From Paragordius varius (lineage: Eukaryota; Animalia; Nematomorpha), in assembly GCA_964247055.1 (NCBI GenBank), contig OZ176053.1, positions 10,850,001 to 10,914,000 on the forward strand: 64,000 bases of DNA, in the 5' to 3' direction. Positions 51,101-63,200 of the stretch are shown here, one piece after another. Every line of letters begins with the position of its first letter. The first letter of the stretch is position 1. The position numbers and the translations under genes were made by a program. The notes under the pieces are model-generated. The model did not search any database. It was not told where the DNA came from and saw only the letters and a program-made list of their open reading frames with translations.

Positions 51101-54100
51101 GCTTATAGTTTTAAACGATTTTATAGCCCACAAGGCTGCAAGAGATGCCGCTTGAATTGCAGTAAATAAGTGAACACGATACGTTTTGACCGAACGCAAA
51201 AACATGTAATCCGGTTGATATTTTTGAGGCATAAAAATGATTGAGAGCCGTTGCATAAACTAAATGGATATATAACCATTTTATGATAAGCAAATAACGC
51301 CATATTTTGTTAGAGCAACTAGATAATTATTTGAAATATAAGCTCTTTTATCGAACGCATTTAACGAAGACTAAACAACGCAAGGAAAAGATGCATGTTA
51401 AAAGTCGATTAATCTTATACTTAGCGAAAAAATAGTAACATATATAAATGGTACAAAGTGAGACAATAAGGCAATAATTAATAAATGTCACAAAATTTAA
51501 CTAAAAAGTAGAAAATTTTGTAACAAAAGAACTTAATGCATGATAGAAAGTAGTTCAACTGAATTTAAAAAATGGTGTTCAAACTGAACGACATAAAAAT
51601 TTACTTCAAAAATAATATATTGGCTCATCTAAAATTTTACCTGAACGCCATTCAGGGATGAAATGCCCATGTATAGAAATACTCCATACAACACTGGCAT
51701 AGGTATTAGCTAAATAATTTCAAAAAGCAAATAATTTATTATCAAAAAATATAAATAAAAAACTAGATAAACTTCCTAATAAAAATTTATACCGAAAGCG
51801 TTTTCGTCATAATAACGGACAATCCAATCATTGTGAATATAAACAAGCCGGTTAAACGTTGTTCGCTAAATATATAAAAAAATATATGATTAGGTTATTA
51901 TTTAACCAATATTTTAATATTATTAGCCGGAAATAGTCGATAGTTGAATTGGAGATAACTTATAATCAAACATACTCAATTATGAGAATAAATGAGACTC
52001 TAATTCATATATTATTAAGATACTAGCGTAAATCTCGTGCTGCTACGCAGCCCGAGGAAGTCCTTCGGACTTCTGGGGAGGGGGGGGGTTCGAAGTTTGG
52101 ATTTGAATGGGTCTACCGGTTTTCCGGTAGCAGATCACAAAGTTACATGAGGAATCAGTTTTTAGCGAGTAGCTCCTTACCCAGCAGCTATCATCATAGA
52201 CACGCTTGACTAAAATTTTTGCCTTTTAACAGGGAATACGTGGAATCTTTATTGAATTTTTACGGTCTCATACCTAAGGCAAAAAATAGATTTAAAAAAT
52301 TATTTTTGTGAACTTTATTTTTTGAAAAAAATGGAATTTTACGGGGGTAGCGGGTAAAAAGAGGGCCTAAATCAAAAAAGTTACTCGACTATGTTCAGCG
52401 CAATCGAAAATAAGTAAACAAAAATCATATTTGAAATAGAATGGACCAACACGTTCTCCAGAAAATTGCCTCAAAGACACGATTTTTGTGGACTTCTGTT
52501 TTCAAAAAAACCCATTTTTAATACGGGGTATGCCCGAACTGGGGCCCTATTTCAAAAAAAGGGCGAAGCTATTGTCGGGGCATTTATTAATGATTATATT
52601 TTTTCGATATTTAAATTTGATTGGGTCTACCGGTTTTCCTGTACCCGATCACAAAGCCAGCATTTTCCATTTTTATAAATATATAGATTACCATAAATAA
52701 TGTATTAATATCCATATATCTTTTAACATTCTATACATATGATAGATACTCCTTACTCAGCAGCTATCATCAAAGAAACGCTTGACTAAATTTTTTTGCC
52801 TTTTAACAGGCAATACGAAAAATCCTTCTCGAATTTTTACAGTCTCATACCTTGGGCAAAAAAATACATTCAAAAAAATATTTTTGTGGACTTTGTTTTT
52901 TTTTTTGAAAAAAATGGCATTTTACGGGGGTAGCGGGTAAAAAGAGGATCTAAATCAAAAAAGTGAGTCGACTATGTTCAGCGCGATCAAAAATAAGTAA
53001 ACAAAAATCATATTTGAAATTGAATGGTCCAACACGTTCTCCAAAAAATTGACTTAACCCATTTTTCACACGGGGTAGGCCCAAACTGGGGACCTAATTC
53101 CAAAAAAGGGCGAAGCTATTGTCGGGGCATTTATTAATGATTTTTCGATGTTTGGATTTGAATGGGTTCACCGGTTTTCCGGAAACAGATCACAAAGTTA
53201 CATGAGATATCAGTTTTTAGCGGGTAACTCCTTACCCAGCAGCTCTCATCAAAGAAACGCCTGACTAAAATTTTTGCCTTTTAACAGGGAATACGTGGAA
53301 TCCATATTGAATTTTTACGGTCTCATACCTAGGGCAAAAAATAGATTTAAAAAATTATTTTTGTGGACTTTATTTTTTGAAAAAAATGGAATTTTACGGG
53401 GGTAGCGGGTAAAAAGAGGGCCTAAATCAAAAAAGTGACTCGACTATGTTCGGCGCAATCGAAAATAAGTAAACAAAAATCATATTTGAAATTGAATGGT
53501 CCAACACGTTCTCCAGAAAATTGACTTAACCCGTTTTTTGTGGACTTCTGTTTTCAAAAAAACCCGTTTTTCACACGGGGTGGGCCCGAACTGGGGGCCT
53601 ATTTCAAAAAAAGGGCGAAGCTATTGTCGGGGCACTTAGTATTTTTTCGATATTTGGATTTGAATGGGTCTACCGGTTTTCCTGTACCAGATCACAAAGC
53701 CAGCATTTTCCATTTTTATAAATATATAGATAATATGTAAAAAATTCCAACACTTTAAAACAGACACTAATTACATTTTATTTTAGTAAAAATGATTCAT
53801 TTAATGTTAAACAAATTTCGATCCATTTTAAAATAAATAATTTCCAGATTCATACCGTATTCCCAAGAATTTGGGTCTTTCGCCAGGCGCTGCGCACTCA
53901 GTTTCTTTCTTGAGAGAATTCAAATGTGTTATGGAGAGCACGGTTGCTGCCACAAACCAAGGTATGCCTAACAAACTACAAGCTGCCACCAGAAAAGCCA
54001 CAATCAACAAATCCAAATGGTAACCATACCCTTTCTAGAAATAAAAGTTAATGAAATGCTTAATTTATATAATAAATATAGTTTAATTAGGTTGTGGATT

Positions 54101-55037
54101 GACTAATCAATTTATTACCGTGAATGCGACCCTTTTTATAACAACCAGTCTAATTTTTGTAATATATAATTAATTATGCGATAAATAGAAATAATAATGA
54201 TATAAAAATTAAAATTTAGTAAAGATGTGATTTTAATGCTTTGTTAAATATTTTATTGTCTAAAACCGTTCTCAAATAAAATAATTTTTCAGAAACATAT
54301 ATTTGTGGTATCGATAGACTTATTATAATCATAACTGACTGCATTTATAAACAATCTATTATATGAAATTAATGTTTTTGACCGTTTACTGACCCACTCT
54401 TATCAAGTAAGTAATGTATAAAATAAAAAAAATCTTATAATTGTTTGTTACCCTTAACAAATTTTCTTTGCGATTAATGATGACAGCCGTAATTTGTTGA
54501 TCCAAAAAGATGAGAATTGTGCATAAAAGAGCTGGAAAAATGGTAATGAGTGGAATCCACCAAGGATTGCCAATCCCAAAAGGTGTAACAAACCAACCTT
54601 TACGTGTTGGAGAGGTGGGCTAAGGCAAAATCACACACATAAAGTAAATATTAATAGATTATGCTAAAACAACGCTAGTAAAAAAATCTCTGATATTTAT
54701 ATATATCCTGGAAATTATTTCATCTGAAATATACGTTAAGCATAAATATTAGGAAAAATGTAAAAGAATATTAGTTGAATGATAAAATCGTGAAATCATA
54801 TTATAATTTAATAACTTAACATTAAGGTACTTTATGTAACATATGTAGTTAGTAGAATATTCGCAAAACCAAAGCCGTTTAAAAATTTATTTTTTTCAAA
54901 TAAATAAAAATAAATATACCCTAAAACTGCTAGGAACCATCAATTTTGGAGTCGGAAGGCCATAGTAATAATCTATACCCAGCATGGCTAACACAGCCAA
55001 AAGTACTGAAAAATCACTGATAGTGTATCGAACCTAA

Positions 55038-55069
<32 letters not shown>

Positions 55070-58000
55070 AAATGTCATTTTGAAATGAAATATTTTTAAT
55101 AATTAAATAAATCTATTAGAAAAATATAAATTAAAAACATAGGGTCTCAAAAAATAACCAGGCTATAATAAATGCAATAATTAATGGTCTAACCAGTAAA
55201 TTAATATATGCATTATGTTGGAACCTTGCCATTTAGTTTTTTAGTTTTAACTGATTATTTTAGAAAGCAGGCAAACACATTCATAAATAAACCATATAAA
55301 CAGTTTTAGGTAAAAATAAAAAAAATAAGTCCTCTTACCGACATTGGGAAATACGTAGTATTACGCAGTGATTTAAGAAATGAGGATAACAGGTAAGTCC
55401 CTAGAAACAGTATAACAGACAAAAAGAAAACGTCTGAAATGAATGGGAAAAGTCGATTCCCACGATATATGCCATCTATGACAGCCACCGTAGTTTGTAA
55501 CGTGTAGGAGGAAGGTGTTATAGCTTCCAAAGTTTCATTGTCATTTATGTTAACCTATATATATATATATATATATATATTTTTAGGGGGAAAAAGTATA
55601 CAAACCTGAGAAAAATAATTTTCTTCTGATAATGTAAAATATGTATAAATTTAATAACGATCTAATTAAAACTTTAAGGACCGGAACATTAAAACTATTA
55701 AATAAATTTTTCAAGAAACGAAAAACGGTTTGGGTTTAAATCCCGTTTTCAAATCCTGTACAAATATAAACTCAAAAAAAATCCATTTAATACGATTTAT
55801 GTGTTGTGTTGTATGATAAAATTAAACAAAAAAGCAAAATTCTAATAATTACAGCGTTCGCTAAAGCCTCAGCCGCCCCCATAGGTAAGGGTCTAAAACG
55901 TTTAACTGGATAAGCCTTGTTGATCTGGTAAATGTTTAATAGTGCTTGGTAAATAAAAATCAAGCTAATAAGACTGGCAAATATTTCTTCCGTAAAACGT
56001 GTCACATATTTAACCAAAACACTGGCATCAGTAACGACCATAATGAGTAAAATTATGGCTGTCCAAAGTCCTATGCAACATCGCATGCTCAGATAATTGA
56101 GTTGATGATCTCTAAAATATACAGGGGTAAAAACGGTTAAAATTTCAATATGTATGTATGTAGGCATTAATTATGCGGAAATTTTTTTTATAATATGTTA
56201 ATAGCAACAATTATTTTAAGTAATTAACAATAACTTAAATTTAGATTGATAATCTTTATATAAATGGAAAAAGTTAAAAATCTGTATAGAGTATAGGGAA
56301 GTGGTTCCCAAAAGGGGGTGTAGAAAAATTTAAGGGGAAGCGCGAAAAATACTAAAGAATTTAATTAAAAAATAAAACCAAAAACAAATTGAAAGATTTC
56401 AGGTGCAAACTATCAAGATTTGTCACCGATATGGAAAAAATATTTCAAAAAATGCATCAGGATCTCATTGATTAATAATATATACATTCTACATTTGAGA
56501 GTGGGGGCGAAAGAATTTTTATTTTCAATTTTATGGGGCGTGAACACAAAAAAGATTAGGAACCACTGTGGGCCTATTTTGGATATACTATACTATTAAA
56601 ATAAAAAAATCATATTTGATAAATCGCATTACTAATTTTCTATATTGATATATGTTTTTATCATGGAATTTCGTTAACCTTGCAAACAAACAAGCTATAA
56701 TTACTTTAATTAAGCTTCATAATTTAACTTATGCAGTAAATAAGAAATAAACATACCTGCAAAATGAATAAACGATGCTTTCAAACACTAAAATTGGGCC
56801 TGTACTCCCCATAATGGTTAAAGGTTGACCTGCAAATAGAGCCCAAGCTATGCCACACAATGCACCAGAAAGAAGACTTTCAATGGTGGCCTACAACATA
56901 GAAAACGTAATATTAATATTGTTTAAATGAGAAAAAAAAGGAAAATTATAAAAAATCCAGTTTTTCCGAAAGTTTTTATATGATATCTATCTGAAAATTA
57001 AATATAAATAAAATAAATATATACTGAGATTTATTTTTTATGGCAATTTATGAAAGGCGTAAAATATGTATTCATGTTGTATAATATCGTTTTTTGACCT
57101 ATATAATTATGTTAGGATGCCTATGTTTCACACCACCCAATTTAAATATCGAACTTCTATTAAAATTAAAAATCATCATATATCAGGGCTTCTTAAACTA
57201 TGGGTCGCGACCCCATTCGAGGTCGCGTAGCAAAATTATGGGGTCGCTAGTGAAAAAAATACAATTTAACAAAAAATGTTTTTTAACTTGTAAAATTATT
57301 GTTATTAAAAGACGAGATTGATGTATTTTTAACTGAACGAAATCGTGAATTTCCTGCTTTTTTTCAAAATGACTTGTGGCTTTCCAAGCCTGTTATTCAG
57401 ATATTTTTGCGAAGTTAAACGATATTAACTTATCTCTACAAGGAAAAAATTGCGATATATTTACTTTAAACGATAAAATGGAAATTTTAAAATAAAAAAA
57501 AATTCGTTCGAAATGTTTTCATTTTTGAGAAAATTTATTGTAAAACTTTTATGGCAAAAATTATTGTAGATCACTTAAAAGCGCTAGAAATACAGTTCCG
57601 AACATATTTTAAATTAAATATTGATTTAAATTTGGATTCAAAAGCCATTTTGGATTGGCTTAAGTGAGATTGATCATCTGCCACTTAAAACTCAAAAGTA
57701 ATTTGTTGAGCTTTAGTGTGACTCAAACTAAAACTACAATAGCCCTTGACTGAATTCTGGATCGGTACTAGAACTGAATTTCCCACAATCGCCGATATGG
57801 CGTTAAATATACTTCTGCCATTCAAAACCACATATTTATGTGAAATTACTTTCTCGGCTTTAACACACATTAAATCCCAATATCGTTTAGCGATAAAAAA
57901 ATGTTGAAGAGGTCTTACGTCCAGCAGTTTTAAACATTCACCAAGATTTGAATGTTATGCATATAAAAAACAGGCACATCCATCTCATTAAATTAAAACT

Positions 58001-60177
58001 TTAATTTATGTTTATCTTCATTCCATTCTTTTCTAAGCATGATTTCCAAGTGTTGTACTTTTGATTTAATTCTTCCATTGATGTTTCGGTGAGGACAATG
58101 TCGTCCGCATAGATAAGTTCTCATGGTGGGCCTTGTTTTATATCTTTTGTTAGGTAATCCATTATTAAAAAGTAAGGGGCTTAGGATGGAGCCTTGATGA
58201 AGACTAGATTCGTTTGGAACAAAAGCTGTGTAATCTGACGCAGTTTGTTGTTTTGTAGTATATCATTTCAATAAATTTAATTATCCAATCATCTACATTG
58301 TTGTATCGTAGTGTGGATGTGATTTACTTCCTGGGGATAAAATCGAAAGTCCTTAGTAAATCAGTGAAAACATAATAAAGTTTTTATTTTTCGCTAAATA
58401 ATTCTTTTGAAATCTTCTCAAAATGAAGATTGTATCAATTGTGCTACTGTTTGGTTTATAGGCATATTGCGATTCCTGTCAGTTTTGATTCAATAATGGA
58501 TTCAAAAAGGCTTAACGGGTACTCCAATAACTTTAGTGGTCTGTAGGAGGATCAAACGAGAATGTCTCCTTTGTTTTTATAAATGGGTATGATGGTGCTT
58601 TTTGAAACATTAGGGATGCGATTCGTTGACAGGATTAGATTAAATATATTGGTTAAATGTGGAATGCATTGGGGTAAAGCTTTAAACATGTCGGAGCTGA
58701 GTTCAGATGGACCATTGCTTTGTTATTTTTCATCTTGGCCAAGGCTCTTACATCAATGGAGGAATTAAATCAAAAGTTCAACACATGGAAATCACACTTA
58801 GAAAAGGATGGAATCAAGATAAACATAAGCAAAACAAAGGTGCTGATAACGGGTCAAACTGTATATAAACAACCTAAGTTTCCTGTGGAGTATGTGATTT
58901 AGATGGAAACTTAATTCAATCCTATATCTTGCAATAAGTGGGTACACAAAAAGTGCTCTCTTATAAAAGGGACATTAATCAACAATGATAAATTTATATG
59001 TGAATCGTCCAAAAATAAAACCATAAATCACATACCCACTCCAATAAATTATCTTTATATGTCAGACGCCAAAATCGAATTAGTAAATAATTTTAAATAC
59101 TTGGGAGATGTCATACATTGCATAGGTGGAATAAACCAGTCAGTTCAATAGAGATCCCAACAGGCTTAAGTAAAATATCATCAACTTAAATTTGTGCTCA
59201 ATAAACACATATAAGCAAAACACAAAGGTTTGATCTACAAAGCCGGCATACGTCCCATACTCCTGTATGGAAGCGAGACATGGCCGATGACAGATACAAA
59301 CGCGAAAAAACTAATGAACATAGAAAAGCGGATGCTAAATTTATTCCAACCCAATAAGTCAAATTCAAATTTACATCAACTGTACCAAATCGAACCTTTA
59401 AATGTTATGCTCGGAAAAAATAGGCTAGATATTTCGGACACATCGAACGTGCTCCAGAACAATGGACAAATAAAATTTTATCCCTACATCCCAAAGGTAA
59501 CAATCGCAGGGGTAGACCAACATTTAACTGGGAATAAACAATAAATCATGATGAGTGTTGCCAACATTGATGATACTTGGCAGGATCGCAAATATTACAG
59601 ACAGCTTCTATACGGATACAATGGCTAGCCATTACACAAAGACGATATATCAAATTTTAATTTAATATTTACCACGCAACTACTTGGATATATTCGAGAG
59701 AATTAAGACGGTCAGAATCCACTTTTGAACATTATAACATTTTGTGCAAATTTCAATTTTAGTTTTGTCTTAAGACGAATTCTATGCATATGTTTACCTA
59801 TATATATTACGAAAAATATTAATTTTTTTTGGGGGGGTCGTTAAGAAACTCGCAATCATAAATGGGATCGGGAATTACAAAAGTTTAAGAGACCCTGCCA
59901 TATATGGTTACATTGATCAAATTGCAACATTTTAAAAATAATTTCTAAACTTTATATTTTTTAACTGTAAAACTTAAATCATAAGATTTACCAAATTATA
60001 TCCAGTAGCATTTCCAAGTAAACCCCCAAAAGTAACTATGGGAGCCAAACAAGCAAAATACAGGAAAAAGAATGAAGCAATACATTGGGGATGGAGGCCA
60101 TCAACGAAATCTGACCAAAAATACCAGGGCCATTTACGTTTTACATCGTCGCGCAATCCACCGCAACACCTTAACAT

Positions 60178-60222
<45 letters not shown>

Positions 60223-63200
60223 TAAAAACTGAAGTTATACGGACAAAAAATAAAAATATGACAAATATTTAATTATATATATATATATATGGTAAAAACT
60301 GAAATTATACCGACAAAAAGTGAAAGTATAAGGGCAAATATTTTTTTCCAAAACACAACCATACTTTTATAAACCTTAATTTTTCTCATGTTATTATATT
60401 ACAATTATAAAATATATAATTGATTGTATCACCAATACACATATCACTTTTATAATTAATAATTTAAAACAATTTTTTAAAAAATGAAGTTTAAAAAAGT
60501 ATGGTTGTCTTTTAGAAAAAAAAATTTGTCTTTATTTTTAGGTTTTGTCCGTATTCAATTTTTACTGTATATATATGATAACAAAAAACTATTTTATTAC
60601 CTTCCTGTCCGAACAAGTAATGGATCAACGTGGGAAACTAACTTTGAAACTTCCTTTTCGCCGCCATTTTTATCTGTTGGCGTCTTTTTTATGCGTCCCA
60701 TCTTAATTGAAAATAAATAATTTAAATTAGTATTTTAAAACTTTAACGGCATATCCAAAAATATGACTTGGAGCTTATGTTTAAGTATTAGCTAATATAT
60801 TTAAACAACCTAACAATACGTAGAATAATAAAATTGCTTCATATAAAATTTAATACAAATTTTCGAAATTTTTGTGAATATTTCATTAGTTTTTTTATAA
60901 TTAAAAAAAGTTACTTGTGAGGGTATATTTAGCGGTGGTTGAATGCGAATAGTGGGATCCCATTCCCCAGGCGGTAAAACTATTACTTGATCCAAAAATT
61001 CGTCTACACCGGCCAAAATGTCTTGTATATTTTTTGCTTTGTAGGCCACATCATGGAATACCTGTACATGATAGAATAAATCTTAATTTTTACTGTTTAA
61101 AACTTTATTTGTAAAGAAAAAATTGTTTATAATTCTAATAGGGATACCTCATCTGAAAGAAGAGTAGCAAGACACCGCCCAATTTCATGATATCGTTCAA
61201 TGTATCCATTAGGACCAATCAACACAAACATAAACCTGGAAATATATATATTCTTATTTATGAATATTTTAAAAATATAAATTAAATGCCCATTGCAATA
61301 AGATATCTAAGAAGTAATTTTTACCTTTATTTTTACTCATCGAAATTCAAGCTTTACAGATCATTAAGTAATCTAAAAAAGTTTGTTAAACCTGAAAACA
61401 AAATCAAATTGTAAAAAAATAAAAACCGGGTAGGTATGGGTACTTCAGTAGCATCAGTCATATAAATGGAATCATGTAACCGAATAAAAGCTATTATGGG
61501 CGTTTGTAGGCAAAGAGCTTCCCCTATAAGGACATGCGCGGCTTCAGCATTTTCAGGCAATTTTTTCATGAATTGCACGTTCCCAAACTAGTATAATAGA
61601 AATGATTGATTACGAGTTTCTTTAAAAATATTATATTTTCATTTAACTTTCTTAAAAAGGTAGTTAGTTGTATCTAACAAAAATTCATTTATATTATATA
61701 AGCAGATGTTTGCATCAATTTATTTTAAAAGTCGATCTAAACTTATAAACTTGAAAGAAAATATATATAAATAAATTTAGCGTTTTAAAAAAATTAAAAA
61801 AAACTTTAGGATGTTCTTTGGGCTCTTCCGTCAAGGCTCCATTGCCAATTTGTTGACCATTGTTTCCATTTATAGCTGACGCACTTCTAATGTGATGTAT
61901 GGGTTTTCCATCAATACCTTGTGATGCCGAGTTTAATGCGCGGCTTGATATAACCTATAAAAATTATTTTGTTATAACATAATTAATTTTGTGTTTCATT
62001 TCCGTAAAATAAATGAACATACTTTAACTTGATATTATCAGAATTTTTAGAGCACAAAGAATACCTTAACAATAGATTATAATACATATTATATTCTAAT
62101 AAGTTTGATTGATTAATTCATTAAATAAATGACTCGCATTTTTAAAAAAGTATCATTTAAATTACTTGATCGCTATTTTCTCTTTTTAGCGGCGATAATG
62201 ATACAGGAGATGTTTTGCTGTGATGTAGGACAGAGGCTAACCCCTTCTTGAATTTTTTGGCACCCGAAATTTTTGGAGCAAGTAATGGTTTAGCTAATAA
62301 TAAAACATTTTTAAATCAATATTTTGAATCTCATCTTCATGGAATAGAAATATTAACCAACAGGTTTTATTAATTACCATTTATAAATTCAAGTGTGAAT
62401 ATAATTATTTATGTGAAATTCTTACTTGATTGTGCAGAAAGTGGATTTTTATCATCAAAATTATTAATTGAAATTGGGGTGGATACATCATTGTTTTGTT
62501 GATTCCCAGAAGGTAGGGGTACCGATGCATAATGCATTAAAGGGGGATGTCCTACTGGTGTTTGGACATTTGATGTATTTCTCGTAATATTCATGGCGCT
62601 ATTTTGTAGGGATAGAATTTAGTATGTATAACCAAAAAATATTATATGGTGGAAAAAAATAGTTTTTGCTTACTTAATATTTCCTTCTGGTTGTACAATA
62701 GTGTCGCCAGAATCATTCGTTTTATTATGGGGTTGTTGAAAAAGATCATTGCTATTGTTATTATTGTAATTTAGATTGTTGTAATTGTTCAAAGGTGTTT
62801 CAGCCGTCATGTTAGGTTGAGATTGACCATTCGTTGTCATGGGGTTAAGTACGCTACTAATTTTTGCTAAAAAAGTATTAAAAATAGAATGAGATACTAT
62901 TCTGTGAATATTAATAAACTCTATCGCTAAAGAAAAATGAATGTTAATTCATAAAACTTAACACAATCATGAGCTGTGTGCCAAACGATAAATCCTGACA
63001 ATAAATATTAAAAGAATAAAAAGGTACAAAAAATCAAAAAAATCACACTTATTATCGAAATTGTCTATGACAACAATGCAAATTTCGTTTATATGCATAA
63101 AAATATATATAAATTTATAGTTAAACAGAACGATTATCCTAAACTTTATTAAAATACCAAGAGTGTTCAATAAAATAATTTTAATTGAATCACACTATCA

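Larger units (their letters stand above)
57184..59897 (+). mobile_element. hAT Buster/Charlie-type DNA transposon, internally deleted and interrupted by a nested LINE
   Basis: TIRs are CAGGGCTTCTTAAACT (57184) and AGTTTAAGAGACCCTG (ending 59897). The 8-bp TSD TCATATAT/CCATATAT matches 7/8 with central TA. GGGTCGC subterminal repeats lie at ~57203-57247 and variants at ~59833-59870. A transposase remnant is present. Confidence 0.9.

Noticed and set aside
52143-53699. Repeated ORFs (52466, 52488, 53540; also 19355, 19574) and a regular repeat array suggesting a gene family or CRISPR
   Set aside because: The units are ~500 bp with no unique spacers and no cas genes. The ORFs are short, not conserved in frame between copies, and lie inside a non-autonomous Helitron.
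55555-55605. Alternative acceptor giving VCILFPPKN, reminiscent of the EL3 C-x-C-x-PP motif
   Set aside because: The 51-nt extension runs through (AT)n into an in-frame TAG just before the real exon, and no internal donor exists.
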